A stretch of DNA of 64,000 nt from Candidatus Komeilibacteria bacterium (GCA_048538275.1 JBLYPW010000002.1:2111-66110); one strand, 5' to 3'; positions 39,588-47,537 are shown, numbered from the stretch's first letter. Notes: generated by a model from the letters alone, not told the origin. Translations and numbers: made by a program.

Positions 39588-42500
39588 ATGCTAAAATTAG
39601 CCAAAAAATTTAAAATCAACCCCCGGCGTTGGCAACCCCCGGCGTTGATTATAATAACAGCGATTATTATTGTATTTGCTGTGGTTTATTTTCTCCGAAC
39701 ACCCGGTGTTGTACAGGCAGAATGGTGGAATGATGGGTGGCATTATCGGCAGACAATTTCTTTAACAAATTCAGGTGCGGCACAAACCAATACGCAGGTA
39801 AAAATACTTAGTGCAGAAGACTTAAGTTCTTTAGTAACAGCTGGCAAGCTGCAATCCGACCTTGACGACCTTAGGTTTACTGATGTTAATGGTAATATTC
39901 TTAAACATTGGATAGAAGATTCTACTAATTCAAGTGTAGATATTTGGGCCTTTATAGATTCTGTATCAGCATCTGGCGCTACTATCTATATGTATTATGG
40001 CAATCCTTCTGCTAGTGCTGATATAGTTGCTTTAGGCACGGCTGCATATCCGGGGATATCTTGTAAATCTGTATTACTGAGTGGTATTACTGCGGATGGT
40101 ATATATTATATTGATCCTACCGGACAAGAAACTACAGATAAGCTTCAAGCTTACTGTGATATGAACACTAGTAGTGGTGGCTGGACTTTGATTTTTCAAA
40201 GAAGAGGTGGTGAGAGTTATAATAATGCAGAATCTTGTGGCTCAAATCTTAATTCTTTTTTAAGAGCTAGCTGCGGGTCATTAACCTCTTTAAACTATGG
40301 AGATTCATATAGTATGGATATAGATTATGCGCCGATTGCTAATGAATACATGTTTAGACAATATGATTCCAACATGACTTTTGATAGTGGCGATGCTTTT
40401 ATTATTAATTCTGACAATTTATTATTTCCTAATATTACCACTAGTTTAAGTAATATTGCTGTGAACGCAATTTGTGATTATAATAATGCGAACTGCGATA
40501 CTACGGATACTTATTTTAAATATACTGGCGCCGGATATTTTAGCAGTACGTATTGTAATAATGGTTATACTACAGGGTATGGAGGTAATTATGGATATTG
40601 TCAGAATGGCATTTCAACAACTTACTACTCAAATGGACTTTTTGGTAATAGATTGGCGTATGATGAAACAAAACTATGGGCACACAATAATGGATCTGAT
40701 GAGTATATGGAAAGGGTTTTTGTGCGTGAATCTACTATTTCAACCACTGGCCACACAGTTACAGCAAGCACCCCCTCCTCCGAAGAAAAAGGTCCTGGCC
40801 CGATAGCCTATTGGAAATTTGATGAAGGTTATGGAACTACTGCCTATGATAGTAGTAGCAATAATAACAACGGTTCTATTTCTGGTGCTGCATGGCAGAC
40901 GGAAGATATGTGTGTGACTGGAAAATGTTTATTATATAACGGTACAGAATATGTAGGTTCTTTTAGTGATAATTTAAGTATGGGGTCAGAAGATTTTACA
41001 GTTTCAGCTTGGTTTAAAACAAATAGTGTTGTCACTTATGGTCAGTGGATTGTTGGTAATAAAGGTACTAGCACTAGTAATGATACAGGCTTTGAGTTAA
41101 TAATGGAGGGTGGTAGGCCTGGTATTTTTATTGCAGATGGTTCTAATAATATTAAATATCAGACTGCCAATTCATATGCGGATAATACTTGGCATTTTAT
41201 AACTGCTACGGTTAGTAGGGGTAGTAGCATTAAGCTTTATGTGGATGGCAAATTTATTTCAGAAAGGAGTGAAACGTTAGCGGGTAGTATTAATGTAAGT
41301 TATGGTTTATCTGTTGGTTTAAGACCTGGCGGAGGAAGTGAATTTAATGGTTTCATCGACGAAGTTAAAATTTACCCCTACGCCCGCACCGCTACTCAAA
41401 TCAAAGCCGATTATTTAGCGGGCCAAGTTGGCGTTGCTGAGGGCACAACCGCTGGTTTTGGTTCAGCAACCACTGGCAAGTCTTTATCAGATGGTCTGGT
41501 TGGTTATTGGAAGATGGATGAGGCAAGTTGGAATGGAACATCTGGAGAAGTTATAGACAGCTCTGGTAGTGGTAATAATGGTACGGCAGGAAACGAAGCA
41601 TCAATAACAGGTGGAAAGTTTGGTAATGGAGGTACTTTTGATGGAAGTAATGATTATATATCAATACCTGACAGCTCAGCTGATTTGAGTGGTGATTTTT
41701 CTGTTTCTATGTGGGTTCATCCCAATGACAATAGTCAAAATCCAAGATGGTTTGGTCTTGTGGATGGGTCAAATACTTTAGCAGTGGGGTACATGGATGA
41801 TGATACAGTCTATTTTAGATTTGGTGGTGATTCTATAATAACTGATTCAACTCTAACTTACGGAAACTGGTATTATGTGACTTTTGTTTATCAATCCAAC
41901 GCAAAGCAAATATATATAAACGGAGAAATAATGAATACAAGTTCAGGAGGCATTACTGGTGATTCAACATTATCTGCTATAGGTGCAGGTTATGCAACAA
42001 CAAGCTACACTGCTGATGGAGAAATTGACGAAGTAAGATTATATGAACGTGCCCTATCAGCCAAAGAAGTTCGTGATTTATACAATTGGGCGCCCGGGCC
42101 AGTTGCCTATTATAATTTTGATGAAAAAACAGGCACCACGGCTTATGATAAATCAGGCAATGGAAATAATGGCACTTTAACCAATATGGATGCAGCAACG
42201 GACTGGGTATCTGGTAAATATGGCAGTGCTTTAGATTTTGATGGAGTTAATGATTATGTCAACATACCCGATCCTGGAGCAAATTCTGTATTTGATGTTA
42301 CGCAAAATCTTACAATTTCCATGTGGATGAATAAAGCGGTGGATAGCGCCCACGGTAATTTGATAGAAAAGGGAGGTTCTTGGTGGATTCATCACGATTC
42401 TGCTTTTGAAGGGTATGCTGGCAATGGCATTCAGGGCGATGCTTTTCATGGTATTCCAGAATGGAATTATGATTTAGCTGAGAATACTTGGTATTATGTG

Positions 42501-44798
42501 AGTTATACTTATAATGGTGTTATAGAGAGGGGGTATATTAATGGATTTCAGGTGTGGCAAAATAGTAGAACAGGCAGTATTACTTTGAATGATAACCCAA
42601 TACAATTAGGGTCGCGGAGCGGATCGGCTGAAAAATATCAAGGTAAATTAGATGAAGTTAAAATCTACAACTACGCTCGTACTCATAAGCAAATTGTTGA
42701 AGATATGAATGCTGGACATCCAGCTGGTGGTAGTCCAGTGGCTTCTCAGTTGGGATATTGGAAATTTGATGAAGGTTATGGTGACACAGCGTATGATAGT
42801 GGTTTTGGTGGGAATGATGGAACTATAACAGGGGCTAGTTGGAGTGATGAAGGTAAAAATAATAAAGGTATTTTAATTAACAGCACAGACAGTATTAATT
42901 GTGGCACTGATTCAGCATTTGCCTTTGGTGATAATGCGCATTCGTTTACGGCCTGGGTAAAGCCCTCAGCCCTAACTAGTGCCTATAATTATATTGTTGC
43001 GGTAGGTAATAATACTGATGGTAATCAATCCGGATTTGGTATTAGGAGCAATGGTAATTTATTTCATTCAGCTTATAGCGCGCCATTAGTTAATTTTAAC
43101 ACTACAATTAGTATAGGCGATTGGTCTCATTTAGCCTTAATTTATGAGAATGGTATAAGTTATGTTTATGTTGATGGTGTTTTAGCTGATAGTCAAAATA
43201 TAATTATGAATGTAACCACGGGTAAGTGCTATATTGGTACTCATACTGGCGGCACTTCTACGTTTAATGATGGAATTTTAGACGAAGTTAAAATATATAA
43301 TTACGCCCTGACAGCTGATGAAGTATTAATAGACATGAACCAAGGTGCAAGCTCTGTGATGGGTAATTTAGGCACAGACAGTTCTGGTAATCCGGATAAT
43401 TCAGCTAGTCGGGCTTATTGTGTACCGGGTGATACTAGTACTTGTGATCCGCCGGTGGCTGAATGGAAATTTGATGAAAAAACAGGTACTAGTACTTATG
43501 ATACATCTGAAAATAATTACACTGGTACTATAACCAATGCTACTTGGACTAGTGGTAAATTAGGAGGAGGATTAGGTTTTAATGGAACGAATGCATATGT
43601 GGATTGTTCAGATATTAATTCGCCTTCAAGTAGTTCAAAGATTTCTATAGGTGCTTGGGTTAAGTGGGATACATTGACTGGCCATAGGGCTATATTTACA
43701 GATGGAGGAGTCACACGAGGTATTGAATTTGGTTTGTATAATGATGAGCTTCACTTAGGTGTAGAGAATAATGATAGCCATAGAAGTATTGGCTATGCTA
43801 CCTCAAATTTAACTACTGATCGTTGGTATAATGTTGCAGCGGTTGCTGATGGACCGAATGGTGATATGTTTATTTACGTTGATGGAGTTTTAGTTGCATC
43901 AGATACAGCGCTAACTACTTTTACTGATTATAATGGAAGTAATGGCACTACTGTTGGAAATGCTGGGACGCAGTCTCCATCGGCAAATAATAATTCTGGA
44001 GTTCAGTCATATTTTCATTCAGGAGATATTGATAATGTTCGTATTTATGACTATGCTCGTACGCCCGCTCAAATTGCTTGGGATTTTAATAGAGGCGCGC
44101 CGGTGGGCTGGTGGAAATTTGATGAATGTGAAGGCTCTACAGTTTATGATTGGGCGCCATCTGGCGATGGTTATCGCGGAAATGACGGTACGATTACTAT
44201 TGGTGGCACCGGTACACAAACAGCCGTTGGTACTTGCGAAACATCAGGCACAGCTTGGTATAATGGCGCGAGCGGCCAGATTAATTCATCTTTAAATTTT
44301 GATGGGACGGATGATTATGTTGATGTGCCAGCCAGCGCTATAGTTCCAGGAAACGAAATAGCAATTGCTTTTTGGGAAAAGACACCAGCGGAGAAACAAA
44401 GCAGTATGATTTGGTTTGAGGATGCTAATGGAAGAGTGGTTAATATACATTTATTTTACAGTAATGGTAATACTTACTGGGATGCCGGCGTAGATAGCGG
44501 GGGCTATGATAGAATATACAAAAGTAACCCCAGTTTAGTATTGGGTCAGTGGAATCACTGGGTATTTACTAAAAATGCTGCTACGGGAATAATGAAGATA
44601 TACTTAAATGGAAAGGAATGGCATAGCGACACTGGTAAAAATAAACCTATTACAACACCCAATAGTTCTGGCAAAATTGGTTCTAGTAATACACTTTTTT
44701 ATGAAGGTAAATTAGATGATATGCGTATCTATAATTATGCTTTGACTGCCGAACAGATCCAGCAAGTCATGAACCACGGAGCTGTGTATTTTAAATAA
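39588..44798 (+). CDS. Giant paralog 7 (1,736 aa): REP-encoded leader, TM anchor, DUF2341-like domain, fibrinogen-like domain and LamG-like modules. It ends in VMNHGAVYFK.
   Basis: Leader MLKLAKKFKINPRRWQPPALIIITAIIIVFAVVYFL, with the REP dimer at 39617-39647. Fibrinogen-like CKSVLLSGITADGIYYIDPTGQETTDKLQAYCDMNTSSGGWTLIFQRRGGESYNN at ~40050-40230. LamG ends DEVKIYPYARTATQI, DEVRLYERALSAKEV, DEVKIYNYARTHKQI, DDMRIYNYALTAEQI. Confidence 0.8.
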   Translation: MLKLAKKFKINPRRWQPPALIIITAIIIVFAVVYFLRTPGVVQAEWWNDGWHYRQTISLTNSGAAQTNTQVKILSAEDLSSLVTAGKLQSDLDDLRFTDVNGNILKHWIEDSTNSSVDIWAFIDSVSASGATIYMYYGNPSASADIVALGTAAYPGISCKSVLLSGITADGIYYIDPTGQETTDKLQAYCDMNTSSGGWTLIFQRRGGESYNNAESCGSNLNSFLRASCGSLTSLNYGDSYSMDIDYAPIANEYMFRQYDSNMTFDSGDAFIINSDNLLFPNITTSLSNIAVNAICDYNNANCDTTDTYFKYTGAGYFSSTYCNNGYTTGYGGNYGYCQNGISTTYYSNGLFGNRLAYDETKLWAHNNGSDEYMERVFVRESTISTTGHTVTASTPSSEEKGPGPIAYWKFDEGYGTTAYDSSSNNNNGSISGAAWQTEDMCVTGKCLLYNGTEYVGSFSDNLSMGSEDFTVSAWFKTNSVVTYGQWIVGNKGTSTSNDTGFELIMEGGRPGIFIADGSNNIKYQTANSYADNTWHFITATVSRGSSIKLYVDGKFISERSETLAGSINVSYGLSVGLRPGGGSEFNGFIDEVKIYPYARTATQIKADYLAGQVGVAEGTTAGFGSATTGKSLSDGLVGYWKMDEASWNGTSGEVIDSSGSGNNGTAGNEASITGGKFGNGGTFDGSNDYISIPDSSADLSGDFSVSMWVHPNDNSQNPRWFGLVDGSNTLAVGYMDDDTVYFRFGGDSIITDSTLTYGNWYYVTFVYQSNAKQIYINGEIMNTSSGGITGDSTLSAIGAGYATTSYTADGEIDEVRLYERALSAKEVRDLYNWAPGPVAYYNFDEKTGTTAYDKSGNGNNGTLTNMDAATDWVSGKYGSALDFDGVNDYVNIPDPGANSVFDVTQNLTISMWMNKAVDSAHGNLIEKGGSWWIHHDSAFEGYAGNGIQGDAFHGIPEWNYDLAENTWYYVSYTYNGVIERGYINGFQVWQNSRTGSITLNDNPIQLGSRSGSAEKYQGKLDEVKIYNYARTHKQIVEDMNAGHPAGGSPVASQLGYWKFDEGYGDTAYDSGFGGNDGTITGASWSDEGKNNKGILINSTDSINCGTDSAFAFGDNAHSFTAWVKPSALTSAYNYIVAVGNNTDGNQSGFGIRSNGNLFHSAYSAPLVNFNTTISIGDWSHLALIYENGISYVYVDGVLADSQNIIMNVTTGKCYIGTHTGGTSTFNDGILDEVKIYNYALTADEVLIDMNQGASSVMGNLGTDSSGNPDNSASRAYCVPGDTSTCDPPVAEWKFDEKTGTSTYDTSENNYTGTITNATWTSGKLGGGLGFNGTNAYVDCSDINSPSSSSKISIGAWVKWDTLTGHRAIFTDGGVTRGIEFGLYNDELHLGVENNDSHRSIGYATSNLTTDRWYNVAAVADGPNGDMFIYVDGVLVASDTALTTFTDYNGSNGTTVGNAGTQSPSANNNSGVQSYFHSGDIDNVRIYDYARTPAQIAWDFNRGAPVGWWKFDECEGSTVYDWAPSGDGYRGNDGTITIGGTGTQTAVGTCETSGTAWYNGASGQINSSLNFDGTDDYVDVPASAIVPGNEIAIAFWEKTPAEKQSSMIWFEDANGRVVNIHLFYSNGNTYWDAGVDSGGYDRIYKSNPSLVLGQWNHWVFTKNAATGIMKIYLNGKEWHSDTGKNKPITTPNSSGKIGSSNTLFYEGKLDDMRIYNYALTAEQIQQVMNHGAVYFK

Positions 44799-44820
44799 TT
44801 ATTTAATAAGTAGGTGATGA

Positions 44821-44935
44821 ATCCTGTAAAGTAGCGAAGCTACTAACGGGATGAACCCTGTAAAGCAGTGAAGCTACTAACGGGGTGAACCCTGTAAAGT
44901 AGTGAAGCTACTAACAGGGTGAACCACGGCGCGGT
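44821..44935. repeat. Three tandem copies of a ~36-bp unit from palindrome family 2 (ccctgtaaagtagtgaagctactaacggggtgaa), immediately 3' of the minus-strand RAYT-B.
   Basis: Visible direct repeats. Each carries the inner hairpin gtagYgaagctac. Confidence 0.8.
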
Positions 44936-44941
44936 TTCTTT

Positions 44942-45619
44942 TTAAAATTTATTATTAATATTATTTCTATCTTGCGCCCAATTTGCAGGATTATTTTTGA
45001 TATATTCCCTGATTCTATCTAAATCATTATCATCTCTAATAATGTGTTCGTAATAATTGGATTGCCAGGCAAACCCCTGTAAACCAATATCATGAATGCG
45101 TTTGGTACATGCCGATTTGAATGAACGAACAATATTACCCAACGACGTTTTATTTAACATGGGATTGTATTTTCCGGTAATGCCACCCGCCATTTTGGCA
45201 CCCACCGCCATTTTGGCACCCACCGCCGTTTTGGCACCCACCGCCATTTTGGCACCCACCGCCATTTTGGTACCCACCGCCGTAGAGACGCGATTAATCG
45301 CGTCTCTACGGCGGTGGGTTGGTTCATTCAAATCGGCATTAATGACAAATATGACATGAATATGGTTAGGCATGACCATATATTCATCCAATGAAATATT
45401 ATTAAAATGTTTATTCATATTTGATAAATTTTGTTTTATTATCTCACCGTATTTATTTAATATCATTTGATCATGAATTACCTGACCAAAATACTCAATT
45501 CTATTTTTAGTACAAATGGTCACAAAATAATTTCCCGGTTGAGAATAATCATAATCTAATATCCTATTGGATGTGAGCCTATATTTTTCTTGGTATAATT
45601 TTGGGTTATATTGGGGCAT
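44942..45619 (-). CDS. RAYT-B (225 aa), an IS200-like/RAYT-type Y1 HuH transposase on the minus strand. An 18-bp microsatellite (AVGAKM x5) and a 44-bp perfect palindrome are inserted in frame.
   Basis: HuH motif MVMPNHIHVIF. C-terminal block GFAWQSNYYEHIIRDDNDLDRIREYIKNNPANW, which I recall as typical of TnpA_REP. Tandem ggcacccaccgccatttt units at ~45183-45290. Palindrome ccaccgccgtagagacgcgattaatcgcgtctctacggcggtgg at ~45282-45328. Confidence 0.8.
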   Translation of the reverse strand: MPQYNPKLYQEKYRLTSNRILDYDYSQPGNYFVTICTKNRIEYFGQVIHDQMILNKYGEIIKQNLSNMNKHFNNISLDEYMVMPNHIHVIFVINADLNEPTHRRRDAINRVSTAVGTKMAVGAKMAVGAKTAVGAKMAVGAKMAGGITGKYNPMLNKTSLGNIVRSFKSACTKRIHDIGLQGFAWQSNYYEHIIRDDNDLDRIREYIKNNPANWAQDRNNINNKF

Positions 45620-45855
45620 AATAAAAAAGGGTTAGTATTGAAACCGACCCTGTTTACCCCGTTTAACGTGGTTTGCCACATTTGATGAGGTTTGTCTATT
45701 GTGATTTATAGGTTTAGTTTATACTTTCAGTTATTTTTGTCAAAGCTTTTACTCGCCGGGGGTTGGAACATTATCCCCAGTTGAAGGTTTTATAAAATTG
45801 TTGTATAATACAGCTACAAATTGAGGGCTCAATTTATTATTAAAAAATTGTTAAT

Positions 45856-46398
45856 ATGACAGAAGATATCAAAAAACCGGATATGGCCGCTGCTTCTGGG
45901 CAGATGGAAAAGCCTAAGAAGAAAGCCGCCAAAGGTGGTATTGTAGCCAAGATTATAATGATCTTGATAGTGGTTGTTATTATTTTAGGCGGACTCTATT
46001 TTGTAGATAAATATACCAGTATTAATATCTTTGGTGTGCAATCAGCCGATGATAAAGTTACGGTAACCGATTGGCAGGCAGTATTTTTGAGCAATGGCCA
46101 AGTTTATTTTGGTAAAATAGTTAAACAAAATGATGATACATTAATATTACGTAATATTTATTATCTTCAGGTAGTACAACAGCCATTGCAAGCCACTCAA
46201 ACCGGCGAAGCTGTTGACACGCAAAATCAGCAACAGCAGAACCAATTATCTTTGGTAAAGCTAGGTAATGAATTGCACGGACCGCAAGATGAAATGCATA
46301 TTAATCCCAGTCAGGTTTTATTTACAGAACAGTTAAAGTCTGATTCCAAAGTAGTTGACGCTATCAATCGTTATTTGCAAGATCAGCAGAGCCAATAA
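45856..46398 (+). CDS. Small membrane-anchored protein (180 aa), paralog of 10803-11312.
   Basis: TM helix IIMILIVVVIILGGLYFV. Shared block WQAVFLSNGQVYFGK...LILRNIYYLQ...VKLGNELHGPQDEM. A candidate promoter TTGAAG-17-TATAAT lies at 45781-45809. Confidence 0.6.
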   Translation: MTEDIKKPDMAAASGQMEKPKKKAAKGGIVAKIIMILIVVVIILGGLYFVDKYTSINIFGVQSADDKVTVTDWQAVFLSNGQVYFGKIVKQNDDTLILRNIYYLQVVQQPLQATQTGEAVDTQNQQQQNQLSLVKLGNELHGPQDEMHINPSQVLFTEQLKSDSKVVDAINRYLQDQQSQ

Positions 46399-46416
46399 TA
46401 CGAATTTATAGATTTT

Positions 46417-46452
46417 TAAAACAACTCCTGCATAGGAGTTGTTTTAATTTTA
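46417..46452 (+). terminator. Rho-independent terminator.
   Basis: aaaacaactcctgcataggagttgtttt is a perfect 10-bp stem with a 4-nt loop, followed by a T-rich tract, 20 nt after the stop at 46398. Confidence 0.7.
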
Positions 46453-46589
46453 GGAAAGTTTATCACGAATATAGCAAATAATACCAATTATAGAAATAGA
46501 TAAAACTTATAATCTCTGATCACGGCGATTTCACGTATCATAATCATTGTGATTCGCACTATTTATAATCCTTATTAACCCCGTATGAC

Positions 46590-46860
46590 GGGGTTCCATC
46601 CGCTCACCATAACCCCTCTGTCACTTCGACTGAGTCATCATAACCACTCTGTCACTTTGACTAAGTCATCATAACTCATCTATCCCTTCGACCGAGTCAT
46701 CACACCCCCTCCGTCATCTCGACCGAGTCATCATACCCCCTCCGTCACTTCGACCGAGCGAAAGCGAGCGGAGAAGTCTCTCATCACGCGGCTACACTAT
46801 AGACTTCTCCGCTCGTCCGCACTGCGTTTGGACATCGGTCGAAGTGACGGGTAAGTATAT
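46590..46860. repeat. MITE-like family 3 copy 4, preceded by about five tandem ~30-bp units (ctctgtcacttcgacYgagtcatcataacc).
   Basis: Tandem units at 46598-46760. The palindromic core cgagcggagaagtctctcatcacgcggctacactatagacttctccgctcgtccgcactgcgtttggacatcggtcgaagtgac is at 46760-46853. Confidence 0.7.
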
Positions 46861-47055
46861 AATTAGTTTATTATTTGTGTATCATTAGTATTTTTTTTTA
46901 GTATAAAGTATAAAGTGCCACTTTACACTTTACACTTCTTAATATATAATATTCATAGGGTAGAGGACTGTGCATAAGTCTTAAACAAGGCTTTCTAAGC
47001 CTTTTCCCGAGAACTATATCTTTCCCCCAGCCGCTCGCGAGCGGCTGGGGCCCCC

Positions 47056-47289
47056 ATGCTTATGGCGAAAATAAAAATTGGACAATTAGCCAAAAGGGTT
47101 GGTTGCTTGCCGTCCACTATTCATTTTTATACGCAAGAGGGCCTACTAACAGTAGCTGGCACAACTCGTGGCGGCTATCGTTTGTATGAGGAGAAATATG
47201 CTTTAGATAGGATAGAGAGAATTCATAAGTTGAAAACCAAGCAGCGTTTAACATTAGCCGAGATAAAAAAAGTATTAAGGGTCAAATAA
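47056..47289 (+). CDS. Short MerR-family HTH DNA-binding protein (77 aa).
   Basis: IGQLAKRVGCLPSTIHFYTQEGLL...GGYRLYEEKYALDRIERIHKLKTKQRLTLAEIKKVL resembles the MerR N-terminal HTH plus the start of the dimerisation helix. No effector domain. Confidence 0.5.
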   Translation: MLMAKIKIGQLAKRVGCLPSTIHFYTQEGLLTVAGTTRGGYRLYEEKYALDRIERIHKLKTKQRLTLAEIKKVLRVK

Positions 47290-47537
47290 ATATGGTAAAT
47301 TATCGTAAATCATGGATAAGTCGCAATGGTACGGTGCGCCCGGACCGTCAAACTTTTCTTGCTCAGCGGCCTTCCCGAGTGGTCAATTATCCCTCTGATC
47401 ATCGTACAACTACGCCACCAAAGTTTGTTAAATTCATCCATAACTTATTGTTTTAATAAAGCATTGATTAATTTGCCAAATTCGTACTTTTTGGCTAATA
47501 TATAAATTATCGTTTAAGATTTATTATTACCTTATAT

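Noticed and set aside
11412-44798. A diversity-generating retroelement driving paralog variability
   Set aside because: No reverse-transcriptase-like ORF (no YxDD-containing candidate) and no obvious template/variable repeat pair with adenine-specific substitutions. Variation looks like module shuffling and gene conversion.
44821-44935. Possible CRISPR array (three ~36-bp direct repeats). The tandem ~30-bp units at 46598-46760 raised the same question.
   Set aside because: The repeats abut each other without unique spacers. Copy number is tiny. The units are internally palindromic members of a dispersed family. No cas genes are present in the window.
47290-47537. A T-box or other riboswitch leader upstream of ileS
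   Set aside because: The ~250-nt leader contains GGTACGGTGCGCCCGG, which only loosely resembles the T-box core AGGGTGGNACCGCG. No convincing specifier-loop or antiterminator arrangement could be traced by eye. Left unassigned.
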